This document shows, piece after piece, positions 1-7,924 of a stretch of 39,701 bases of DNA (its first letter is position 1; each line of letters begins with the position of its first letter). Made by a program: the position numbers and the translations under genes. This DNA comes from an uncultured Candidatus Saccharibacteria bacterium (GTDB taxonomy: Bacteria; Patescibacteriota; Minisyncoccia; Phycocordibacterales; CAIZLB01), in contig CAZHNC010000001.1 in assembly GCA_964532765.1 (NCBI GenBank), positions 1 to 39,701 of the forward strand, given 5' to 3'. Under the pieces are notes generated by a model. The model was not told where the DNA came from and searched no databases. It worked only from the letters and a program-made list of their open reading frames with translations.

Positions 1-914
1 GAAGTTTTAAGCACATCTCCAGTAAACATTAAAGCTCTTCCAAGGCCAATTATTAAACCTGTTATATTGCTTATTAACTCCTCATTTTCTGATAAACTTT
101 CAATAGAATTGTTTAAATTTCTTAAGAATTTATTAAATTCTGGGTCAAGTTGTTTACCTAAAGAAGCATATAGATTAGTCATATTACTTTTAAGAACTTT
201 CATTTGATTAGCAGTACTTCCTATGGTTCTCTCTGCATCGCCTTGCAAAAATGCTGTTTTACTAAGCACAAAGTTATATCTAAGTTGAACTCTTTCAGCT
301 TCTGTCATATCTTTATAAAGTTTTGTTATACCTTGTTGCATAGCAAAGTTTTTAAGATTAACTTCGGTCATTACTACACCAAAACGTTTAAGTGTTTCTG
401 TCTCCCCTGTGTATATACTGTTTAAAGCTGTCTGCGCTTCACTATCAGCTACATTCCAAAAACTTCCTATGTCTACAGCTCTTTTAGTAAGTGTCATCCC
501 CATTTCTTCAAGTTTATCACTAGTAAATCCAGCACCTTTTCCTAATGCTCCAAACTGTGAAACCATTTGACGCATTTGTAGGTTACTTCTACCCATGGCT
601 TTACCCATCATATCAGCATTTAAAGCTATTGCGCTAAATCTATCTTCGCCAAACGTAACATTAATTACGTTATCTAGTTCAGTCATTGCACTAGCCGTTT
701 TAATACTTTCAACTGCTATATCTTTTAGAGTTTTTACTGCTATTGCCGATACTGCTGCCCATGCTACTTTTGAAGCATTTTCTATAGAGAATATATCGTT
801 TTTAATGCTTCCAGTAGTTTTTTTACTTAAATTTTCTGCGTCTTGCATACTTCTTTTATAGTCCTTATCATTCAGCTTGAGGACTGCTTCCAAGTCTGCT
901 ACTTGCATTGCCAT
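1..914 (-). CDS. Tail tape measure protein, N-terminal part (continues across the window ends into 37652..39701)
   Basis: ATG at 914 behind a GGGGG RBS. The minus frame is open to nt 1. Translation MAMQVADLEAVLKLNDKDYK...FGEDRFSAIALNADMMGKAMGRS...GALGKGAGF looks like a TP901-type tape-measure core. Absent from the ORF track because no stop lies in this part. Confidence 0.9.
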   Translation of the reverse strand, partial: MAMQVADLEAVLKLNDKDYKRSMQDAENLSKKTTGSIKNDIFSIENASKVAWAAVSAIAVKTLKDIAVESIKTASAMTELDNVINVTFGEDRFSAIALNADMMGKAMGRSNLQMRQMVSQFGALGKGAGFTSDKLEEMGMTLTKRAVDIGSFWNVADSEAQTALNSIYTGETETLKRFGVVMTEVNLKNFAMQQGITKLYKDMTEAERVQLRYNFVLSKTAFLQGDAERTIGSTANQMKVLKSNMTNLYASLGKQLDPEFNKFLRNLNNSIESLSENEELISNITGLIIGLGRALMFTGDVLKT

Positions 915-928
915 ATTTTAACCCCCTT

Positions 929-1551
929 TCAGTTCATAAGGATTTCGTTTATTTCTTCTAAAAGTTCAAAGTTTTCTTCAAACTCAATCGGTGCTTTATG
1001 TTCTCTTTTAACAAGTTCAATAGGTTTGTATTTACCGCCCATCATGGAATGTGGAGCTAACCAGTTCAATTGAGTTTCTAATAAAGTTAATTTTTCTTTA
1101 AAATATTCATTGTCTGATTCAACTTTTATAGTAACTTCAAATAATGTTAAATTTAAAAATTGCTCTAATGTGCAAAAGTTTTTCTTGATAAAGTTCTTAT
1201 AAAGTTCTCTGTAATCTAAATAGAACTCTCTTTCTTTGACAACATTTCTTTTGTTCTTAGATACATTAGAGCTCTTAGAAAACCCTCTGGGTCAACATAC
1301 CTCATAAAAATCATTGTACACTCTTTAACTAGATTTTTCTCTGTATTATTGCTTAAAAACTCTTCTAGCTCGTTTCCTGTTCCTGTGTTACATAAGTCTA
1401 GGAAGTATCTTAAAAACACTTTATCAGCCTTTAAAATGGCTTGTGTTATGCACTCGTTTAAATCTGCACCTTCATATCCTTGAAGTATAATTCCTTTTTG
1501 GTGTGATAGCTGTAATTCTATTGCTTTTTTTAAATTATATTCAAATTTCAT
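929..1551 (-). CDS. Tail assembly chaperone, -1 frameshift fusion product (gpGT-like, ~207 aa)
   Basis: The -1 frame relative to 1216..1551 stays open from the heptamer at 1279..1285 to TGA 929..931, just before the tape-measure RBS. This is the classic position between the major tail and tape measure genes. Confidence 0.7.
1216..1551 (-). CDS. Tail assembly chaperone (gpG-like, 111 aa)
   Basis: ORF track. Lies immediately upstream of the tape measure gene and downstream of the major tail gene. About 300 nt with no zero-frame ORF follows it. Confidence 0.75.
   Translation of the reverse strand: MKFEYNLKKAIELQLSHQKGIILQGYEGADLNECITQAILKADKVFLRYFLDLCNTGTGNELEEFLSNNTEKNLVKECTMIFMRYVDPEGFLRALMYLRTKEMLSKKESSI
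1279..1285 (-). promoter_or_regulatory. -1 programmed ribosomal frameshift slippery heptamer G_GGT_TTT
   Basis: Plus strand aaaaccc is GGGTTTT on the coding strand. Zero-frame codons are GAG GGT TTT (frame checked from ATG 1551), which fits X_XXY_YYZ. Confidence 0.65.
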
Positions 1552-1565
1552 TTTGACCTCCTATT

Positions 1566-1590
1566 AAAAAAAGGGCTTTTCAGCCCCTTT
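1566..1590 (-). terminator. Intrinsic terminator/attenuator after the major tail gene
   Basis: Coding strand AAAGGGGC-TGAAAA-GCCCTTTTTTT: a GGGC/GCCC stem followed by T7. Confidence 0.55.
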
Positions 1591-1594
1591 AGGT

Positions 1595-2413
1595 TTACAT
1601 AAAGTCAGGAACTTCTCCATCAACTAAAATTGTTTGTCTTTGTATTGCTCCAACGTTTGAGAAAGCTAGGCTATACTCAAGTTTACCTGTTCCATCAACT
1701 GCACCAGTTTTATTAAAATCATTAACTAATACAGTTTGATTATAAATAGTATCATAAGTCATAGTTGTTGCTCCATGTCTTACTTCTAATTCTGCTCCTG
1801 AATCTTTAGCTTTGTTTATTTGTACCATAGTATGAAATGTAGGCATAAAATGACCTGTTCCACTTAATGCAGCACTTTCTAAACCAAGTATAAATGATTC
1901 TACTCCTCCACTATCTGCATCATTTGTATCTATTTGAGCTTTAGTGTTAGCAAAATCATAATTAGATAATTGAGCTATGTTAAACCAAGCTTCATCAACT
2001 ATAATTGCAGCAGTGTAACCAGTTGTTATTGTTGTTCCTACTGTAAAATCAGTTGCAGTATTTGAAACTATTTTTTGTACTTGGTGGTCCACTAAAGAAA
2101 TTTCATGAAATTTAGTTGTTGAAGTTTCTAAAGTAGTTGTGTCTGCTTGTTTCCACATTACAGCATATTTGTCTTTTAATTCGTCAACTGTCCAAACAGG
2201 CGATACACTCGGTGTGAATTTAACAGTTGCCACCGTTCCTGAAAATTTTAAAGCAGTAGGCCAAAATGGTTTTAACTTTGTTGCATAATCAGTTCTTGTT
2301 TTAATTTTTTCATAGTTTGCATTAGCAGCAATAGCTCCTTGCAAATTTATCTTTAAATCAAGAAACTTTTCATTACCATTAAGTCTTGTTTTTCTGTAAT
2401 TTATTAATGACAT
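1595..2413 (-). CDS. Major tail (tube) protein
   Basis: 272-aa ORF directly upstream of the chaperone/tape-measure genes and followed by a terminator. Call is by position and size. Confidence 0.65.
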   Translation of the reverse strand: MSLINYRKTRLNGNEKFLDLKINLQGAIAANANYEKIKTRTDYATKLKPFWPTALKFSGTVATVKFTPSVSPVWTVDELKDKYAVMWKQADTTTLETSTTKFHEISLVDHQVQKIVSNTATDFTVGTTITTGYTAAIIVDEAWFNIAQLSNYDFANTKAQIDTNDADSGGVESFILGLESAALSGTGHFMPTFHTMVQINKAKDSGAELEVRHGATTMTYDTIYNQTVLVNDFNKTGAVDGTGKLEYSLAFSNVGAIQRQTILVDGEVPDFM

Positions 2414-2423
2414 TGTTACCTCC

Positions 2424-2771
2424 TTATTTATTTTCTGATGTTGTAAAGTTAATTACATAATCATTTCTATTGTTTAAATACCCAAGATTAACAGAATTTA
2501 TATACATTACATCTGCAATTGCTTGAATTTTTTTAAAAACATCTTTTGCTAATTCCTTAGATTGATTAAACGCTAATATTTTATTAGGACTAGATACGCA
2601 AACTAAAAGTTGTATATCTACCATATTACCTTCTGAATCCCCACCAACTGAATTATATTCGTTTAAGTATATCCCACTTTGTGTAGGACTAGGAAAGCCT
2701 ATTATAGCATTAATATTATATTCACTCTTAAGCAATTGCCCTATTTCGTCTATTACATTATCTACTATCAT
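2424..2771 (-). CDS. Tail completion / tail terminator-position protein
   Basis: 115-aa ORF between the gp10-like gene and the major tail gene. Call by synteny only. Confidence 0.4.
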   Translation of the reverse strand: MIVDNVIDEIGQLLKSEYNINAIIGFPSPTQSGIYLNEYNSVGGDSEGNMVDIQLLVCVSSPNKILAFNQSKELAKDVFKKIQAIADVMYINSVNLGYLNNRNDYVINFTTSENK

Positions 2772-3138
2772 TTCTTTCTCCTTTCAATACTTCTTTAAAA
2801 ACTCTTAAAGCATGAGTTTTGAAAGGTTTTTCAATAAATTTAGGACCACTTCCTGGTTTGGTCCATTTTATATTAGGATCTAGCCATTCGTGAACTCTTA
2901 CGTTATAAGGTGCTATATTACCTTTGTTTACTATTTTAGCATATGGTTTATTTACTGTTGCATGTTCAGTAGCATTGGCTTTTTCAAGTTCTCCCTCATA
3001 ATGAGGTGTTATTGGGTCAACGTATTTGTTAAGCAATATTTCAACTGTTTTATTAGCTGCTCTTATTGTTATATCACTAACCTCTTTTATTACTGCTTTA
3101 TTCCAAACATTTTTAGCACTCATACCATAACCACCCAT
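2758..3138 (-). CDS. HK97 gp10-family-like neck/tail component
   Basis: 126 aa with overlapping neighbours. Size and position match the HK97 gp10 family in head-tail joining modules. Confidence 0.5.
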   Translation of the reverse strand: MGGYGMSAKNVWNKAVIKEVSDITIRAANKTVEILLNKYVDPITPHYEGELEKANATEHATVNKPYAKIVNKGNIAPYNVRVHEWLDPNIKWTKPGSGPKFIEKPFKTHALRVFKEVLKGERNDSR

Positions 3139-3503
3139 TCGCTTGGTAAAGCTCCGTTTATAGTTTCTTCATAAGTTGGACTGCCTTGTACATTAATCAC
3201 GTCAAAACAGAAATTAGTGGGTTCTGTATCTGTTATCAAGTCGTTAGAATCTTTCAACTTAATCTTAATAGTATCATAAGTTTTCAAGTCTAATGTTTGC
3301 TCAATTACATACTGTGCAAAACTCGTAACTTCTTCGCCTTGCCTAGATAAAGTTTTACGTTGTTTCTGCACATACTCACAAGGCGTTTCTATACGTTCCC
3401 ATACAGGAACACTTCCCCAACCTTGACTCTTCAAAATCCATATAATAGCCGTAAACGAGTTATGACCTAAGTCACTTGCTAATCCCATATATCCGACCTC
3501 CAA
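3120..3503 (-). CDS. Head closure / head-tail adaptor protein
   Basis: 127 aa, second gene after the capsid gene block. Call by synteny. Confidence 0.45.
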   Translation of the reverse strand: MEVGYMGLASDLGHNSFTAIIWILKSQGWGSVPVWERIETPCEYVQKQRKTLSRQGEEVTSFAQYVIEQTLDLKTYDTIKIKLKDSNDLITDTEPTNFCFDVINVQGSPTYEETINGALPSEWVVMV

Positions 3504-3961
3504 ACATCATTATAAACCCTTGAGCCTGTTTCAGCTGTTTTGGTAGTGTAAGGATATATTAAAGCCATTGCTTCATTGGATTGCCAACTTGAAAACATAT
3601 CTAAACTGAATAGATTTCCTTTTGTAGCTTTGAAACTTACAGAAGCCGATTGAGTACTATCTGATACTATTCCTTGTTTTTGCTTTAAAGCTATTTTGTC
3701 AATTTTACCAACTGATAGCTTGAACTGTCCAAGAGCTTCATATGCGCAAGCTACTTTTACTATTTGTGGTACTTTAGTTTGTCCAGTCCAAGGAAATTTG
3801 TTTTCTAAACCATGACAAATATTTTCATATCTATATGGTAAACTATCTATAAATATTGTAGAAATAGCAATAAACTTTTCTTTTTCTACTTGCGTTAATG
3901 CTAACCAGTCAGCATCAGTGATTAAAGCATCAGCTTCCGTATATGTAACATAACTAGCCAT
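3479..3961 (-). CDS. Head-tail connector (gp6-like) protein
   Basis: 160 aa, first neck gene after the capsid block. Call by synteny. Confidence 0.45.
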   Translation of the reverse strand: MASYVTYTEADALITDADWLALTQVEKEKFIAISTIFIDSLPYRYENICHGLENKFPWTGQTKVPQIVKVACAYEALGQFKLSVGKIDKIALKQKQGIVSDSTQSASVSFKATKGNLFSLDMFSSWQSNEAMALIYPYTTKTAETGSRVYNDVWRSDIWD

Positions 3962-3975
3962 GTGTACCCCCTTTC

Positions 3976-4005
3976 AAAAGAAAAGGGATACTATAGCCCC
4001 TTTTC
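3976..4005 (-). terminator. Terminator-like hairpin after the capsid gene block
   Basis: GAAAAGGG (3980..3987) pairs with CCCTTTTC (3998..4005) across a 10-nt loop. A TTTT run follows on the coding strand. Confidence 0.45.
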
Positions 4006-4269
4006 TAACTCTAATATAAGTCTTATTCTTTCCTCGACTGTGCTTCTTTCGTCTGCAGTTCCACCAAGATTTTCAATTAATACTAATTGTTCCTCTTTTT
4101 TCATAGCCATTAATTCAAAAACTCTTTTTTGTTGCTTTTCTGCTAATTCTTTAGCATTTTGCAAAGCATTAGCTTCGTCAAAATTTTTCCAACCTCTATT
4201 TCTATACTCTTGTATGTGAGCTTCTTCAACTTCTATTGAAACTCCATCTATAAACATTTTAACTAACAT
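3991..4269 (-). CDS. Hypothetical protein (92 aa) downstream of the major capsid gene
   Basis: ORF track, trimmed to the ATG at 4269 that follows the RBS TAGGAGGT. Charged, helical-looking sequence. Confidence 0.5.
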   Translation of the reverse strand: MLVKMFIDGVSIEVEEAHIQEYRNRGWKNFDEANALQNAKELAEKQQKRVFELMAMKKEEQLVLIENLGGTADERSTVEERIRLILELEKGL

Positions 4270-4288
4270 ATGACCTCCTAAATTTAAA

Positions 4289-5182
4289 TTAAGTTGTTTT
4301 GTAATGTGCATAAATACCTTTTTTCTTGTTATCCATAATAACTAAACCGTGATACATTCTAAATTTCATTGTATCAGCCCAAGAAACTGCGTTATCTCCT
4401 GCTGCTATAATATCAGATGGTGCATATTTAATTATTCCACCTTTTGCAGACGGTACATGAACTAATATGAAATTTAAATCTCTTCCAGTTGTTGCTGTTT
4501 TTTCAAATCCACCATTTGCAGTGTTTAATAAAGTTACTTGAGTGTAGAATCTTCCAGGTTCAACACCTATTAATGGAATCCCTTTATAAGCTGTTACAAC
4601 TTTTCCAACGTTTCCTGGTAAAGTATAATCTACATTTCTTGTAAATCCATCAGCTTTTTCAAGTAAATCAATTACATCCCAAGTACAGAAAAATACTCTA
4701 TCCATTCTAGGTACAGAAGCTTTGTTCATTGCTAAAATAGCCGTGTCCATTGCTGCCGTTACTGTTAAATTTGTCAAGTCTGCCGATACTGGTGTATATC
4801 CTGCTTTTGCATAAAGATTAGCAAATCTAATTGCATCAAGTTCAGGAATTGCATTACTTCTCATAAACTCTGCTCCAGCTCTTCCAAAAGCAATATCAGA
4901 AGTTTCTTCGTTGTCCATAGGGTCAACTTTGAAAGACGTACCTCTATCGTATGGTAGAGTGTAGTTTACAGTTGCTACTGTTACAGAGCCTTCGTGCGGT
5001 GTTCCTCCTCTTGTTACATTCCCAAAACCAGTTGTCGAGATATTTTGTACTTTTACTGTATTAACCCCAGTAAAGTTTAAATCTCCTTGTCCTGCATCTA
5101 ATACTCTTGTAATACCTTCTTGTACATAAGTTTGGTCTAGCATTGCTAGAAACTTATCTCTTAAAGCTATTGAATTTGCCAT
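4289..5182 (-). CDS. Major capsid protein
   Basis: 297 aa directly after the scaffold-like gene. N-terminus MANSIALRDKF..., size and position are typical of SPP1/HK97-fold capsid genes. Confidence 0.7.
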   Translation of the reverse strand: MANSIALRDKFLAMLDQTYVQEGITRVLDAGQGDLNFTGVNTVKVQNISTTGFGNVTRGGTPHEGSVTVATVNYTLPYDRGTSFKVDPMDNEETSDIAFGRAGAEFMRSNAIPELDAIRFANLYAKAGYTPVSADLTNLTVTAAMDTAILAMNKASVPRMDRVFFCTWDVIDLLEKADGFTRNVDYTLPGNVGKVVTAYKGIPLIGVEPGRFYTQVTLLNTANGGFEKTATTGRDLNFILVHVPSAKGGIIKYAPSDIIAAGDNAVSWADTMKFRMYHGLVIMDNKKKGIYAHYKTT

Positions 5183-5201
5183 TTTTTACCTCCATTTATT
5201 T

Positions 5202-5768
5202 TTATTTGACACCTACTTTTCTTAAGTAGTCGTCTATTTCTGCCTGTGCGTTGTTTGGTGGTGTTGGATTTGGTGCAGGTGTTTTTATAATTGGTTTAAC
5301 TGTTTGTTGACTACCAAATAAACCTTGCAATTTGTCCAACCCTTCATATGTTCCATCATCTTTTTTTACTATTTTAGGCATATAAGCCTCTATAATATCC
5401 TTGTTGTTTTCAAAATTTTCTTTACCTATAGTTTGGATTATCTCAAATTTCTTCAAAGTGTTTTCATGAGTATTTGAAAGCTCGTCATAAGAGTTTTTAG
5501 GAATAAAACTAATATTTAATTCATCAGCTGTTAATTCCTTTACTTTCTTTCCTAATGCTTTTGCAATTTGTCTTTGTCTAGCCTTTTCCTCTAATTTGTC
5601 ATTTAAAGACTGATTACCACTAAGAAGATTTTCTAACTCCTCATCAGTATATTTCTTTTCAATTTCTTTTTCAATAGTAAACTTGCTAGATAAAGCTCCT
5701 TTTAACTCTTCATTATCTGCGTTTGCTTCAATGTGCTGCAAAACTACTTCGTTTGTTAATCCTTCCAT
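5202..5768 (-). CDS. Scaffolding protein
   Basis: 188 aa, acidic and coiled-coil-like, immediately upstream of the capsid gene. Confidence 0.6.
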   Translation of the reverse strand: MEGLTNEVVLQHIEANADNEELKGALSSKFTIEKEIEKKYTDEELENLLSGNQSLNDKLEEKARQRQIAKALGKKVKELTADELNISFIPKNSYDELSNTHENTLKKFEIIQTIGKENFENNKDIIEAYMPKIVKKDDGTYEGLDKLQGLFGSQQTVKPIIKTPAPNPTPPNNAQAEIDDYLRKVGVK

Positions 5769-5818
5769 CTTAAAACCTCCGTTTATCCTCTCGAAATTTC
5801 TCCCAAGAAAATGTATTT

Positions 5819-5874
5819 AGTACTAACTAGTACTATTATAAGACTAGTATAATCTATATTACATAAAAATGCAA
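5819..5874 (-). promoter_or_regulatory. Promoter of the scaffold/capsid operon with a 16-bp palindromic motif
   Basis: Coding strand TTGCAT-17-TATACT overlaps TGTAAT-17-TATAAT (-10 at 5835..5840). AGTACTAGTTAGTACT (5819..5834) follows directly. Confidence 0.5.
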
Positions 5875-5910
5875 GTATATGTATTTTATTTTGCATAGTT
5901 GTGTAGAAAT

Positions 5911-5938
5911 AAAAAAAAGACTGGTTTTATTCAGTCTT
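5911..5938 (-). terminator. Intrinsic terminator after the antirepressor gene
   Basis: AAGACTG (5917..5923) pairs with CAGTCTT (5932..5938). The stop codon lies in the loop, and T8 follows on the coding strand. Confidence 0.65.
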
Positions 5939-6610
5939 TAAAAGTTTATTTATATAATCTACTCCCTTTTGGAATACAACTGTTTTAATGTGTATTTTAA
6001 CATCTCCACCATGAATATAACTTGTTTCTATAGTCCTAAAATATCCTCTGTCTATGTAAGTTTGATAAGGTTGATTTTTACTATCAAGAATTTTTCTTTC
6101 TCTTAAAATTTCAAACAGTTTGTTTCTTCCTAAATTCCTAATATTTAAAGTTTTTGCTAGTGACCCAATATCTATAGTGTCTTTACTATCAATTATTTGG
6201 TCGTAAAATTCAACTTTAGGCTTTTGGTACTCAATTTCTTTCTTGTAGTTTTCAATTTCTTTTTGTGCAATTTGTAAGGCTCTTGCCATTATTCGTGTAG
6301 GACTATTCCAAGCTTTTTCCAATTCTATCAAATAGTTTCTATACTCAAAAGCTTTTTTAGTTGGCATTTGCATAACTAAATTTTTAGCCATTTCTAGTGT
6401 GCAACAATAATCTTTAGTTTCGTTGCCGTTCGTCATTAAGACGAAGGACTGATAATCAATGTTTTCTACAAAGAATATATTTTCTTCTACATTTTTAATT
6501 ATCCATCTCGACCAGTTGCTCTTTTCCATTTCTGCACCCAAGTAAATTTCTTTTAAACTCTGTACAAATTGTGTGTTGTCCTTTTCTGTTACTTTGATTA
6601 ATTCTTGCAT
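5927..6610 (-). CDS. ant: Phage antirepressor (AntA-like N-terminal domain + KilAC C-terminal domain)
   Basis: N-terminal SNWSRWIIKNVEENIFFVENIDY resembles AntA. C-terminal SLAKTLNIRNLGRNKLFEILRERKILDSKNQPYQTYIDRGYF resembles KilAC. Confidence 0.8.
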   Translation of the reverse strand: MQELIKVTEKDNTQFVQSLKEIYLGAEMEKSNWSRWIIKNVEENIFFVENIDYQSFVLMTNGNETKDYCCTLEMAKNLVMQMPTKKAFEYRNYLIELEKAWNSPTRIMARALQIAQKEIENYKKEIEYQKPKVEFYDQIIDSKDTIDIGSLAKTLNIRNLGRNKLFEILRERKILDSKNQPYQTYIDRGYFRTIETSYIHGGDVKIHIKTVVFQKGVDYINKLLKTE

Positions 6611-6643
6611 TTGTGATTCCTCCTAATTTATTTTTTTTAAATA

Positions 6644-6672
6644 AAAAAGCCATATTGATTTACATCAAAATG
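6644..6672 (-). terminator. Weak terminator-like hairpin in the antirepressor leader
   Basis: CATATTGAT (6651..6659) pairs with ATCAAAATG (6664..6672) with 1 mismatch. GC TTTTTT follows on the coding strand, upstream of the ant RBS. Confidence 0.3.
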
Positions 6673-6727
6673 ACTTGGAGTAGTAGGAAAGCACCCTACA
6701 ATTAGTTACTCATATTCTGCTTTTAAT

Positions 6728-6755
6728 AGTATATTTCTTCATACACATTACTCAA
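6728..6755 (-). promoter_or_regulatory. Candidate promoter of the antirepressor cassette
   Basis: Coding strand TTGAGT-16-TATACT. Confidence 0.4.
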
Positions 6756-6807
6756 TAAATAAATTTTACAAATTTAACAATAACAATATACCACTATTCT
6801 AAAAATT

Positions 6808-7911
6808 TTACAACTCTTTTTTTACTTCTTTTATTCTTTGCGTGTATTTTCTAGATGTTTGCTCTAACCTCTTAATTTTTCTTTTATCCTTGTCCAGTTG
6901 CGATTCTGATAAACTCTTTCTTTTCTCTAAATTATTCTTTTTAGCGTATCTAAGTTTATTTAACTTCTGTTCGTTGTCATATTGCTTAATCTGTGCCTTT
7001 GTACGTGTATCTGTAAGGTTGTTTGAGTACTTTTTAACCTCTTCTACATTATCGCTGTAATCTTCGTAATATGCTGTTATACGGTGTTTACAACGATTGT
7101 GCAATTGATTATATCCTTTCTTAAATCCTGGGATATCGTATAAGTAAGGATAATCACTTCTATTCTTGTTAGTTGTATACACTCTACCTTCAGCATACGT
7201 TCCACATACAGGACAACAAGTATAATGTGTGCTAAACTGCACTAAATCATTTTCTAGTTGCTCGTTACTATCAACTACTGCTTGATTGGTAGCACAGGCT
7301 ATACTTGACCTAATTTGTATCTCTGCATAGGATTTTAGATTTATACTCCTCATATTACCTAGACTATCTGCATAGATAAAACTAGTCATACCGTAATCAG
7401 TCATTTTCTGCATTATATTAGCTACAGACTGTTTTCTAAGGTCTCCGCCTATTATTTGATTGTTAGCTTGGTCCTTAACTATATCTGCTATGTACTTTTT
7501 ATTTTCCAATTCCATGGCACTCAACTGATTTTGTATACCCTTGAAGTATTTTTCTTGTCCTTGTTGCATATAGTTTATATATTCCTCTTGCAACCTTAAA
7601 ATATCCTTGCTATCTGTATAATTCCAGTCATTTTCAAACTTTTTACCTGTTATCATTTCAAATAGTCTTAAACTATCTTCTACATTTATCGTATAAGCTT
7701 GCTTAATCTTTTTTAAGAAGCTTCTTGACGTTACATCTAATCTTAATAAGTCATCTTTCAGCTGCTTTAATAAAGAGATTTTACGTTGTTTGTTGAAACT
7801 TCCTTTTTCATCATAAAATTTAGGATTAGATAATTGAGAAGTTAAGTTTGCACTCAACCTCTCTATTTGTTTTTTATATTCACTTACTATATATTCGACC
7901 TCTTTGTCCAT
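6808..7911 (-). CDS. Head morphogenesis / minor capsid protein (SPP1 gp7 / Mu F-like)
   Basis: Motifs HYTCCPVCGTYAEGRVY and LHNRCKHRITAY are typical of the Mu F/gp7 family. Long basic C-terminal tail. Confidence 0.8.
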   Translation of the reverse strand: MDKEVEYIVSEYKKQIERLSANLTSQLSNPKFYDEKGSFNKQRKISLLKQLKDDLLRLDVTSRSFLKKIKQAYTINVEDSLRLFEMITGKKFENDWNYTDSKDILRLQEEYINYMQQGQEKYFKGIQNQLSAMELENKKYIADIVKDQANNQIIGGDLRKQSVANIMQKMTDYGMTSFIYADSLGNMRSINLKSYAEIQIRSSIACATNQAVVDSNEQLENDLVQFSTHYTCCPVCGTYAEGRVYTTNKNRSDYPYLYDIPGFKKGYNQLHNRCKHRITAYYEDYSDNVEEVKKYSNNLTDTRTKAQIKQYDNEQKLNKLRYAKKNNLEKRKSLSESQLDKDKRKIKRLEQTSRKYTQRIKEVKKEL

Positions 7912-7924
7912 TTGTTACTCCTTT

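Noticed and set aside
204-1073. Plus-strand ORFs 204..425, 595..861 and 843..1073 from the track
   Set aside because: They lie antisense to the open tape-measure frame (1..914) and the chaperone frameshift extension. They have no RBS, and their products are low-complexity F/L/S/I-rich sequences typical of antisense reading of AT-rich genes.
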